Of a stretch of 64,000 bases of DNA, positions 1 through 9,083 are shown piece by piece; position 1 is the first letter of the stretch, and every line of letters begins with the position of its first letter. A program made the translations under genes and the position numbers. The stretch covers positions 62,001 through 126,000 of the forward strand of contig JBEUKZ010000096.1 of NCBI GenBank assembly GCA_048128005.1, in the 5' to 3' direction. The notes under the pieces were generated by a model. That model was given only the letters and a program-made list of their open reading frames with translations. It searched no databases and was not told where the DNA came from. The DNA comes from Veleropilina oligotropha. Taxonomy: Eukaryota.

Positions 1-1531
1 TTGACAAAGCGATTGTAAAATTCTTGGTACTATCAGGCTGCAACTGAGAGTTAAAGGAATGTAGCACGCATTAGAATGTTCTTTCTATGCAATATTTTAT
101 TGAATTTACTAATGTATTAAAAAATGTCTAGCTATTCTAGGATGTGAAACGTATATTTTATTTGTTTTTGCTACAACTGGAGCATGCTATATAAAATGAC
201 ACCATTTCGCTGGTGGCCGTTGCATGCTAATACTAATAAATCACCTTTTTGTCCTGCCTGCGGAGCAGAAGCGGGACATAGGTATAGCTTTTCCGGCGTT
301 GGTATCGTCGTCATTGGCGGCATCAACAATTGTTAAGATTTGTGTTTAGCTCTCTTTCTAACAAAGTGTAAGTACTAGGTTCATCATATTTGACAGTATC
401 TTTATTACAGTGTACACATTACATACGAGAAAATGACTTCGGTATTTTTCACCATTTTCAATGTTAAGTTTAGCGTTTAACTCAGTTTCTGGAATACTAC
501 AAGTCCTATGATCACCAAAATTGGACAACAACTTTGTTATAGAGTGCCCATTACATATCGGTGCTGCCGTCATGTATATATGATAATTGAACTACAAAAA
601 TCTACAGCTGATAACTGCTCTTTGCAGTATTCCTATGATATAAGTAATGGTAATCTTAACTGTCATTGTGATTATAATTTGATAGCGAATACATGTATAG
701 CCAGTAGCTCGATTGTACATAGACATATGTGCATCCACCTCGCTTAGGTAGTAGGTGCTGTTTCACAGGTGTGGTCTCAAATCCGGTCAAATTTTTTCTT
801 TTAAGGTTCATTTTGGTTGACCATAAGAAACATTAAATTAGACATTATAATTAATTATCAATCCAATCAACATAAAAATATGTGATGGTTATTCCTACTT
901 ATTGTGTGGATTATGCCTCGCTAAGTTGATGTTAAGATAAATGACTAAATTAAAGTTAGTTGCTGCATTAACGTGAGATAATAAGATATTGTATAAATGT
1001 TAACAGGGGATGTGTACAATATCGGAAGGTCATGGTGTAGGCATCATTGAAATGTTTTCCTAAGAAAATTAGTTAGACAAAGGCCACTAGCAAAGGCCAC
1101 CTAGTATGTTTGTTTGTGCTTAATAAAATGCATAGATATGTCCGCTATCTGGATTTGTCTCGTGTAATTTTCAGTGCAGTACACCATTTAATGTTTCTGT
1201 CTTAATTGCGATTAAAATATATCTATCCTTGTAAATAAATGACATGTCATGATCAAGACGTAATGGTATTTTTGTGGTTACATTGAAAAAGATAATATAA
1301 TTATGTATTAGTAAAGGATGTTCAAATTTAAAACAATATTGTAAAAAATGTGAATCAGAAAAATGGATTATATGATCTAATTGTAATATGACAAAATTAT
1401 TTTATGGTTTTAATTAGTAGATCAGCAATTAATTGTCTGTTCTCCTATTTTACACACTGCAATTGCTTTAAAAAATCTTTCAATTAACTCGCCTTCCATT
1501 CTCTAAATTAACTATTAGTAGCAATATACTC

Positions 1532-1718
1532 TACGTCATTACCTATGCCATAATAGCCCTATTATCGCTAAACCGGAAACTGTGAAAAAGCGTTTCACTT
1601 TCTTTTAAACTTACACGCTTACCCCCCCTGCTCACCTCTCTCGCGTTCCTCCCACGAGATCTGCCCAAGTCTCGCGAGACCTCAGAGACCAAGACAGATC
1701 TGGTATCCTTTTTAAGTC
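1532..1718 (+). repeat. Left ITR of DIRS copy A
   Basis: Reverse complement of 8815-9002; the only difference I saw is a C7/G8 homopolymer length. Confidence 0.95.
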
Positions 1719-2586
1719 TTCCGTCAGTCTGTCCGGACGTGCTTACAGTCTAGTAAAAAAATAGACTATAATAAGTTACTTTTAAACAAGTTTCTTTCGC
1801 ACAATATTGTGCCGTTCATATTCATATATGAGCTGAAGAAGCATTGTAACTGTGTTCGGAGTATTTAGGTCGAGTTAGCAATTTTAAAAGTTGTGAGATT
1901 CTGGCCACGAGTATTTCGGCCCGCCATCTTGGAATTTACAAAGTAAAGATCTAAAGATGGCCGCTCAGGAGGGAAGGTTCTTCAAGCAGGAAAGCTTCGC
2001 ATAGGCGAATCCTTTCAAAGGAAGAAGTGTTTGGTTTCTAATATTGCTTGAAATTACTTGTAATTCATATATATATTAGATAATTCCTTAGCGGCGTATC
2101 TTGCTTAAATTCTTAGTAACTTTGTTCAATCGAATTTAGCGTCGCTAACAAGGCAGATGTTTAGGTATTAACGTGCGTTATTTAGCCTATCTGCCGAATC
2201 TGGGATATTTCGCCAACGCTCTAACCTATTGAAATCAACATCCACGAGGTTTTCAGGTGTTTAAAGGCGGCTGTTTCTATATATAGCCTCCTACTATCTA
2301 TATATATCCGCCTGCATTCAATTTGTTAGTGTCCGACAAGCCGTTTTAATAAAGCTTGTACGTCGGGCTTGGTTTATATTCTAGTCGGGTTACTTGTCTG
2401 TTCTTCGGTTGTGTAAACAATCCGAAGTGTGATTCATAACAATTTAGGGTCAATATCCGGTCTTTTCCTATATACTCGGATTAGAGACCCCTATATAAGG
2501 TGTAGTAGTTTAACACGTGAAGCGTACTACCCGGATATCCCTAAATTTCCCGGTTTCCCACTACCTTTCCTACCCGTGTAACAGCT

Positions 2587-4852
2587 ATGGTCCGTTGCAG
2601 TGAGCCTGAGTGTACCCAAAAGATACACAGCTTCGACACAAGCATTCGGTATGTCGCATACACCGTAGTTGTGCTAAGAGATACCCCTGTGCTAAATGTC
2701 TACTTTTAACGGATCGGCAGTGGGCACTTATCTACCCACCAGGGACGACGGCTACCAGGGAGTCCGTCTCTGTTGGGCTTCCCCCGGAGAAACAGACGAC
2801 GGGTAAGTCAGGGCTAATTTCTGATTCGTCTGTTTCAGGGACGCGAAGCGACCAGCGAAGCGACCAGCGAACTGGGGCATCGCAGGTTGCAGGACCCGCC
2901 GACGAAACCGCTACGGTTTTGGGGAAAACCGTGGAAACCTCGCCGGCGTCCCAGGTTCAAGACCAGGTAAGAGGATCCCGAGTGCAGTCCGTTTCTCCTC
3001 GTACCACGGGCCTAGTAGCTGCGTCCAATAGTGCCATGCCGGCTAGCATGGTACACCGGACCTTACAGCGAACAGCTGAGCAGGGCAGGCTGTCCCCTTC
3101 CTCTCTTCCGGCCTCGGAAGAGCAGGGGACGGCTAGTCCTTCTGTCACAAGCGGTATACCGAGCGGCATACTGCTGACGGCAGAGCAAGTTGGAACAGTT
3201 GCCGGACACCACCAAGGTGGTTTAAGATCCGGACCACCAACGACACCCGACTCACTGGCCGATGGTGCGACCGACCCTCCCCAGGGTTCGTCCTTACACC
3301 TCGGAGCTCCCAGTCTTGTCGGAGGGCCCGCCGACTCCCCTGACCCCTTTGGGCTCAGACTAGTTGGCGCGGACGGACCGGCTGCGTTCGGGATGGGTAT
3401 GTACGCGGGAGCTTCCCCCGTCTACCCCCTGAACAGAGCGGCGACCCCCACGGGACTGTGGCCGCAGTCTTTCGGGGGTCGAGCTCCGGTTAACACGCCT
3501 TTTGGCCCGTTCTCCGGGAGTAACCGCTCGTCAGGTGATGTGAGACCCTGGTTCTCATATCAATCTGGCCCAGCAGCCCGTCTACCATGCGCCACGATGT
3601 CCTCGAGCGATCCACTGGCTGTTGGATCGACGCCCGTCTTGCCTGTTGGTCTCTCTATGGAGAGCGTCCATGCAATGATTGCGGCGGAATTCGAGGCCCG
3701 CAGTAGGGCCTGGCTTCCGGCTGTTCAGCCGCCCCAGGTCTCTGCTCCTCTGCTCGTGGCCCAGAGCACGGCTCCTGCCTCGGTGATGGAGGTCGACCCT
3801 CGTTCCGACGAGGACGTCCCCTCCGATCGCTCCGATCTTCTTGAATCGGTCGGTCCCGATGACTCTCGTAGTCAATCAGGCTTGCAGGAGCCGATCTCCG
3901 CCACCCGCCGAAGATACGACGCAGTCGCGTCGCTTCGCGGGGTGCTAGATCTACCCGACCCGGCCCGGCCGGTAGGTACGATCAAGCACAGGACGGCAGC
4001 ACACCGTTTTGCTGAGTCGGAGGCTCCCCAGATTCCCGTACTCACCCAGTCTGGCTTGGTGGATCTGGTTCTGGATCAGACCACCCGGGCCATTCAGGGA
4101 GGCAAGACAGTGGAGACGTCTTCTCTCACGGAGTTCCCTCGGGGCCTCCGTAGAGGAAGATACCTCCGGCCCAGTTCGCGATCGTTGCCGATCGCTCTTT
4201 CTGAGCCGTGCCTGGTGGCTGAGCCAGCACAGATTGACGTAGCGATGCGTCGTCTGTCTGCCAGTCAAGCTCCCTCGGTAGCGAAGGTACCATGGGCCGC
4301 CATGGATGCCTTCGAGAGCTGTGCCCGACGAGCTCTGCGTCTGTCGTCTGTACAGGACTCGTTCCTGGACGGTGCGATAGCCGTTCTACAGGAGGACGGA
4401 CCCGGCGCTCGCGTGACCACCCTGTCTTTCCTCCACGAGGTTGCTGCCGCAACGGAGAACAACGCGTTGGAGTCCGCGCGTGTCTTAGGCAATGCGCTCC
4501 TACTTCGTAGGGACGCCTGCCTCGAGGGCACATCGTTAGACGACGCCAACCGGCGTTCTCTGCGATGTGTGCCCTTGTCGGCCCCGACTCTCTTCGGAGG
4601 CGAGTTCACGAATTCGTCGACAAGAGAGCCGTCGAGCTGAAAGATCGTGCGATTGAGCGCGCAGTATTGACTACCCCTCGGGGTACTCAACCTGCCCCCT
4701 CAAGGAAGCGTTCGGCCCTGACTCGGGGCGCGAAAGCTTCCAAGCGTGCCAGACCTTCTCGGGGTGGGCCTCCGGCCCGGAAATCCAGCGAGAAAAAAGG
4801 CCCTCCAACTAAATCCCGTCAGAGCGGGAGAGGGAAGCCGTCACGGCCCTAG
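2587..4852 (+). pseudogene. gag: DIRS gag-like ORF1 with N-terminal Cys/His zinc-finger; two frameshifts (+2 at ~2638, -1 at ~4610)
   Basis: ATG 2587 gives MVRCSEPECTQKIHSFD/KHSVCRIHRSCAKRYPCAKC, aligning to copy [30 protein letters not shown]-terminus FVDKRAVELKDRAIE...KPSRP* aligns to copy B. The main open part is ORF 2610-4640. Confidence 0.85.
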
Positions 4853-6926
4853 GGTTGCCGGCACTCGCGACGTGCTCAGCTGCGCGCTCCCGCCGGTGGG
4901 AGCGTGCCTGTTAGGCTACAGCCAGACGTGGCTAGAGCTGACAGACAGCAGCTGGGTCCACTCAGTCGTGAGTGCGGGATACAAGTTGAGTTTCAACCGG
5001 CATCCAACCCTATCCGTGACACCACCACCAAGACACGCTCGCCTCCTTCAAGGAGAGAAGCAAGCGGTCTTAGACCAGGCAGTGCGGGACTTACTCCTAA
5101 AAGGAGCCATCTATCCCGCGCCGCCCAGCACACCAGGATTTTACAGCCATTTCTTCCTGGTCCCGAAACCCGATGGCCGCTGGAGACCGATCCTCGATCT
5201 CTCGCACCTCAACCGCTATTTGCGTACCGAGAAGTTCCAGCAAGAAACACTCTCGAAGATACGAGCGGCCATCCATCCGGGAGACTGGGCAGCGTCTATC
5301 GACCTGACAGATGCGTACTTACACGATCCGATGCATGTCTCGGCTCATCAGTACCTCAGGTTTATCCACGGGGATACGATCTACCAATTCAGGTGTCTAC
5401 CGTTCGGTCTATCGTCAGCCCCCTACGTCTTCACGCGGGTAGTACAGGCTCTCGGGGCCTTCCTACACTCGCTAGGGCACAGAGTACACATGTACCTCGA
5501 CGACTGGTTGATTCTCGGGGCGTCCCGGGATCAGTGCCTCCAGTCTATGAGCGTTACCCTGTCATCGGCGAAGCGCCTAGGATTACAGATCAACAACGAG
5601 AAATCCTGCTTCGTGCCCTCGACGACGTTTACGTTCCTCGGGGTCGTCTTCGACACGGTCCGGTACACCGCGAAGCCGACCGAGAAACGTATCGTGAACC
5701 TACGCGCAGTTATCCAGGACACAAGGTCATCGGGGATAGCCACGGCGCGACAACTGGCCACTGTCCTGGGGCACATCGAGTCGGTAGCGCCCCTGCTACC
5801 GACAGGACGAATGGACAAACGACCGTTACAGCAGGCCTTCAGGGACCGCTGGGTGCAACGGACGGGACAGTGGACGGATCGTATAGATCTTCGGCATTGG
5901 TTCAATCACTCGACAGCAGTGTGGCTGAACCCTGCATTGCCGAGCCAGTCGGTTCCCATTTCCCCGCCAGAACCGAACGCCTGCCTATACATGGACGCTT
6001 CGAACGAGGGCTGGGGAGGTCACCTCGACAGTTACGAGACATCGGGCCTTTGGCCGACGGACCTGCAGGGACGACACATAAACTATCTAGAACTAGAAGC
6101 GGTCTACCTGACAGTACGGTCCTTCTCGTCACATCTCCGCAACAAGCACATACTGCTCGCCACGGACAACACGACTGTCGTCGCATACGTTCAACACCAG
6201 GGCGGCACTCGCTCGCGTCCCCTGTGCGACCGAGCAATCGACCTACACCGCTTAGTGATGTCCCTCAACTCGACGATACGAGCACGACACATCCCGGGAA
6301 TATTGAACGTCCGAGCGGACTCGCTCTCTCGGAAATCGCAGATAATACACACAGAGTGGACGCTACACAGCCAGGTAGCTCGGGAAATTTGTCGCCGGTG
6401 GTCACAACCCCTAGTCGATCTGTTTGCAACAGAGTTCAATCACCGACTCCCTCTGTATGTCTCCCCGTACCCGGACCCGGCCGCCCTAGCGGTCGACGCG
6501 CTGTCAATGCCATGGGAGAATCTGATCGCGTACGCCTTTCCCCCGTCATCCATACTACGACTTGTATTACAGAAGGCATCGCGAGACCGCTGCGAGATAA
6601 CGCTAATAGCACCTCTAAATCGCACGCAGTCTTGGTTTCCGACACTTCTCGATCTCATCGTCGATCGACCGCTTGCGCTACCGCAAAGGCCGGACCTGCT
6701 ATTGCAACCGCGCTCACGGGTGTTACACCCGTCGTCGAACGAACTTCGTTTACACGCATGGCGGTTATCGAACGATCGCTTGTTGAGAAAGGATTTTCTC
6801 GCGCAACAGCCCTCCGCATTTACCGATCGCGAAGACAATCTACATCTAAAGTCTATGACTACCGATGGGTCAAATATGTGGATTGGTGTCACAGGCGGGA
6901 AGTTAATATACTCCGTCCCCCTGTGA
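4746..6926 (+). CDS. pol: DIRS pol: reverse transcriptase + RNase H + N6-adenine-methyltransferase-like domain
   Basis: [36 protein letters not shown]; RNase H DAS..GWG, HINYLEL, TDN, ADSLSR; MT-like VDLFA...DAL...W...YAFPP. No AUG before the RT core. Confidence 0.95.
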   Translation: MPDLLGVGLRPGNPARKKALQLNPVRAGEGSRHGPRVAGTRDVLSCALPPVGACLLGYSQTWLELTDSSWVHSVVSAGYKLSFNRHPTLSVTPPPRHARLLQGEKQAVLDQAVRDLLLKGAIYPAPPSTPGFYSHFFLVPKPDGRWRPILDLSHLNRYLRTEKFQQETLSKIRAAIHPGDWAASIDLTDAYLHDPMHVSAHQYLRFIHGDTIYQFRCLPFGLSSAPYVFTRVVQALGAFLHSLGHRVHMYLDDWLILGASRDQCLQSMSVTLSSAKRLGLQINNEKSCFVPSTTFTFLGVVFDTVRYTAKPTEKRIVNLRAVIQDTRSSGIATARQLATVLGHIESVAPLLPTGRMDKRPLQQAFRDRWVQRTGQWTDRIDLRHWFNHSTAVWLNPALPSQSVPISPPEPNACLYMDASNEGWGGHLDSYETSGLWPTDLQGRHINYLELEAVYLTVRSFSSHLRNKHILLATDNTTVVAYVQHQGGTRSRPLCDRAIDLHRLVMSLNSTIRARHIPGILNVRADSLSRKSQIIHTEWTLHSQVAREICRRWSQPLVDLFATEFNHRLPLYVSPYPDPAALAVDALSMPWENLIAYAFPPSSILRLVLQKASRDRCEITLIAPLNRTQSWFPTLLDLIVDRPLALPQRPDLLLQPRSRVLHPSSNELRLHAWRLSNDRLLRKDFLAQQPSAFTDREDNLHLKSMTTDGSNMWIGVTGGKLIYSVPL

Positions 6927-7840
6927 ACAAATTTATCGAGTTCATTACGTCGTTATTCGAACGAGGACTTTCTGTCTCGGCCGTCAAAGGTTATCGGGCC
7001 TCGATCTCGACTACGCTCAAGCAATGTCGTTCCCGAATTGACTTATCGTCAGACCGTACTATTTCTGATTTAATCAGGTCCTACGAACTCGAAAGACCGA
7101 TTTGTTTGGCGCGGCCGCCTGCCTGGAATATCATCCTTATCCTTAATGCTCTGCTAGAAAGCCCGTTTGAGCCGTTACGTAATGCTTCCATACGTAACCT
7201 TACCTACAAAACCGTATTTCTAATTGCGTTTGCGTCGGGCAAAAGGGTTTCTGAGATACACAGCTTCTCAGCAGAGCTCCGAGATATTAGATTCCAGTCT
7301 GACGGATCGGTCATTTTACGTCCTATATTAGGATTTATTGCTAAAAACCAGCGGCCAGGCGATATTGCTCCGGAGGTCGTTATTCCTACGCTTTCTATTG
7401 TCGGTAGACACGATATCGACCGACTTAACTGCCCGGTGCGCGCGCTTCGATATTATCTGGACCGAACACGTGACTTCCGACGAGGCAAAAAACGCTTGTT
7501 TATTTCGTATTTGCCCAATTTCACCCGCGATGTATCGAAGAATACTATCTCGAGATGGATTTGTCGAACGGTTCAGCAGATATACTCAAATTCCAACGAA
7601 GCTGACCGCAACCTTATTGCGGTCCGTGCCCATGAAACAAGAGCGATATCGACGAGTCTGGCATTTAGACATTGTCTAAATATTACCTCCCTGCTACAAG
7701 CAGGGTATTGGAGAAACCCGAACGTGTTTGTAAAACATTATTTACGCGATTTCTCGACTGGTGCGGATGGTTTGTCCAGTGTTCAATGTGTTGCGGCGCA
7801 ACACTGCATTACCAGGACATCTAGGTTAAATACACGGTGA
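4853..7840 (+). CDS. DIRS tyrosine recombinase ORF (YR domain ~6760-7840; long N-terminal open frame overlapping pol)
   Basis: Catalytic set R (GKRVSE), K (AKN), HxxR (HETR), W (AGYW), Y (KHYL). Frame is open from just after the gag UAG. Confidence 0.93.
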   Translation, partial: GCRHSRRAQLRAPAGGSVPVRLQPDVARADRQQLGPLSRECGIQVEFQPASNPIRDTTTKTRSPPSRREASGLRPGSAGLTPKRSHLSRAAQHTRILQPFLPGPETRWPLETDPRSLAPQPLFAYREVPARNTLEDTSGHPSGRLGSVYRPDRCVLTRSDACLGSSVPQVYPRGYDLPIQVSTVRSIVSPLRLHAGSTGSRGLPTLARAQSTHVPRRLVDSRGVPGSVPPVYERYPVIGEAPRITDQQREILLRALDDVYVPRGRLRHGPVHREADRETYREPTRSYPGHKVIGDSHGATTGHCPGAHRVGSAPATDRTNGQTTVTAGLQGPLGATDGTVDGSYRSSALVQSLDSSVAEPCIAEPVGSHFPARTERLPIHGRFERGLGRSPRQLRDIGPLADGPAGTTHKLSRTRSGLPDSTVLLVTSPQQAHTARHGQHDCRRIRSTPGRHSLASPVRPSNRPTPLSDVPQLDDTSTTHPGNIERPSGLALSEIADNTHRVDATQPGSSGNLSPVVTTPSRSVCNRVQSPTPSVCLPVPGPGRPSGRRAVNAMGESDRVRLSPVIHTTTCITEGIARPLRDNANSTSKSHAVLVSDTSRSHRRSTACATAKAGPAIATALTGVTPVVERTSFTRMAVIERSLVEKGFSRATALRIYRSRRQSTSKVYDYRWVKYVDWCHRREVNILRPPVNKFIEFITSLFERGLSVSAVKGYRASISTTLKQCRSRIDLSSDRTISDLIRSYELERPICLARPPAWNIILILNALLESPFEPLRNASIRNLTYKTVFLIAFASGKRVSEIHSFSAELRDIRFQSDGSVILRPILGFIAKNQRPGDIAPEVVIPTLSIVGRHDIDRLNCPVRALRYYLDRTRDFRRGKKRLFISYLPNFTRDVSKNTISRWICRTVQQIYSNSNEADRNLIAVRAHETRAISTSLAFRHCLNITSLLQAGYWRNPNVFVKHYLRDFSTGADGLSSVQCVAAQHCITRTSRLNTR

Positions 7841-8649
7841 CAGGTATTGTAAACAATTTATTGTAATTATACAGTCACTCCGCATTTATGTGCAACTCTA
7901 TTGTGTAGCTTGCTAACAATTAGTGTTGTTTTCATTGTGTTGTCTGCAGTCCAATATTTCTATTTATGGACTGAGAATAAATTGTCAGATCTGAGTTCAC
8001 ATGACACATGCCACTCACATTGAAATTAGACATTTATAATGCTAAATCTTAAAAGGGTTTTTTTAGATTTTGATATTATTGAAGTTCATTTGCTGTTATG
8101 AGCTTACGGTGTTGCGACATTGAAAAAATTTAATATCATTCAATCTTTAAATATTCTTTAAGTAACATGGGGACATGTTTGCATTTCGCTATTTGGTCAA
8201 GCGAATTTATTATTAATATGGAATATAATATGTACGTGTATATATTACTTATATCTATTAATAATTGCATAACTGGTTACATTCACAACCTTTTCAGGTA
8301 CTGCATGTTTGTCGCAAGTTGACTGCATCTTTTGGTTACCGGCCTCGACGCCCAGGGTTTACTAAAAGCTGCTTCGGTCCATGACATCTAAGTCCTACAG
8401 GATTTATCCTCCGGCCTTGCCTGGGGCTGATTGCACTTTCGCGTCACCTTGTCCGACTAACACCTCTGACGTTTTTTCCCAGGTTCATTGGTCAAAATTC
8501 AGTCGGGGGTAATGGTAGAATTGTAATACTCAGTAATTCCATCCTGAGCGGACGCGAGTCGGCGATACTAGCTGTCTCCATGGTGACAAGTAAGTAACTT
8601 GTTTGGGTATTAATTTCGTTAGAACTTAGCCCACCGTCCAAAGTTATTC

Positions 8650-8738
8650 TGGCATAGGTAATGACGTAGAGTATATTGCTACTAATAAGAGGTTTTTAAG
8701 TAAACCTAGTATTAGTTAGAATATACTTACGTCATTAC
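8650..8738 (+). other. Internal complementary region (ICR) of DIRS copy A
   Basis: 5' half is the reverse complement of 1513-1550; 3' half is the reverse complement of 8992-9045. Confidence 0.95.
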
Positions 8739-8814
8739 ACATCTACCCGCCCTGCTCATGGCATTCGCTTCCAACCCCTCTTGCTAAGTTCCTCTACGCA
8801 CTGCAGATTCCTCT

Positions 8815-9045
8815 GACTTAAAAAGGATACCAGATCTGTCTTGGTCTCTGAGGTCTCGCGAGACTTGGGCAGATCTCGTGGGAGGAACGCGAGAGAGGTG
8901 AGCAGGGGGGGGTAAGCGTGTAAGTTTAAAAGAAAGTGAAACGCTTTTTCACAGTTTCCGGTTTAGCGATAATAGGGCTATTATGGCATAGGTAATGACG
9001 TAAGTATATTCTAACTAATACTAGGTTTACTTAAAAACCTCTTAT
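8815..9045 (+). repeat. Right ITR (8815-9002) plus right extension (9003-9045) of DIRS copy A
   Basis: Inverted copy of 1532-1718; extension complementary to the 3' half of the ICR. Confidence 0.95.
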
Positions 9046-9083
9046 CATTCCAAACTATGTACTTTACCGTTGGTGGTTTTCAG

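Larger units (their letters stand above)
1513..9045 (+). mobile_element. DIRS1-like tyrosine-recombinase retrotransposon, full length (copy A, 7.5 kb)
   Basis: Inverted terminal repeats 1532-1718 / 8815-9002, right extension to 9045, internal complementary region 8650-8738, and gag, RT/RNaseH/MT and YR ORFs. No TSD apart from a shared TAT core. Confidence 0.97.

Noticed and set aside
1..1512. Upstream CARMIL exon or promoter
   Set aside because: No segment with LRR-like translation and splice sites was found; treated as intron with repeat fragments.
2957..6892. Minus-strand ORFs within DIRS copy A
   Set aside because: Short, expected in GC-rich dual-coding DNA, and without motifs.
8298..8589. 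Possible DIRS-derived exon (AG at 8296-97, GTAAGT at 8590; similar in copy B 41897-42181)
   Set aside because: All three frames contain stops, and the conserved AAGT can be explained by pairing in the RNA structure. No support without transcripts.
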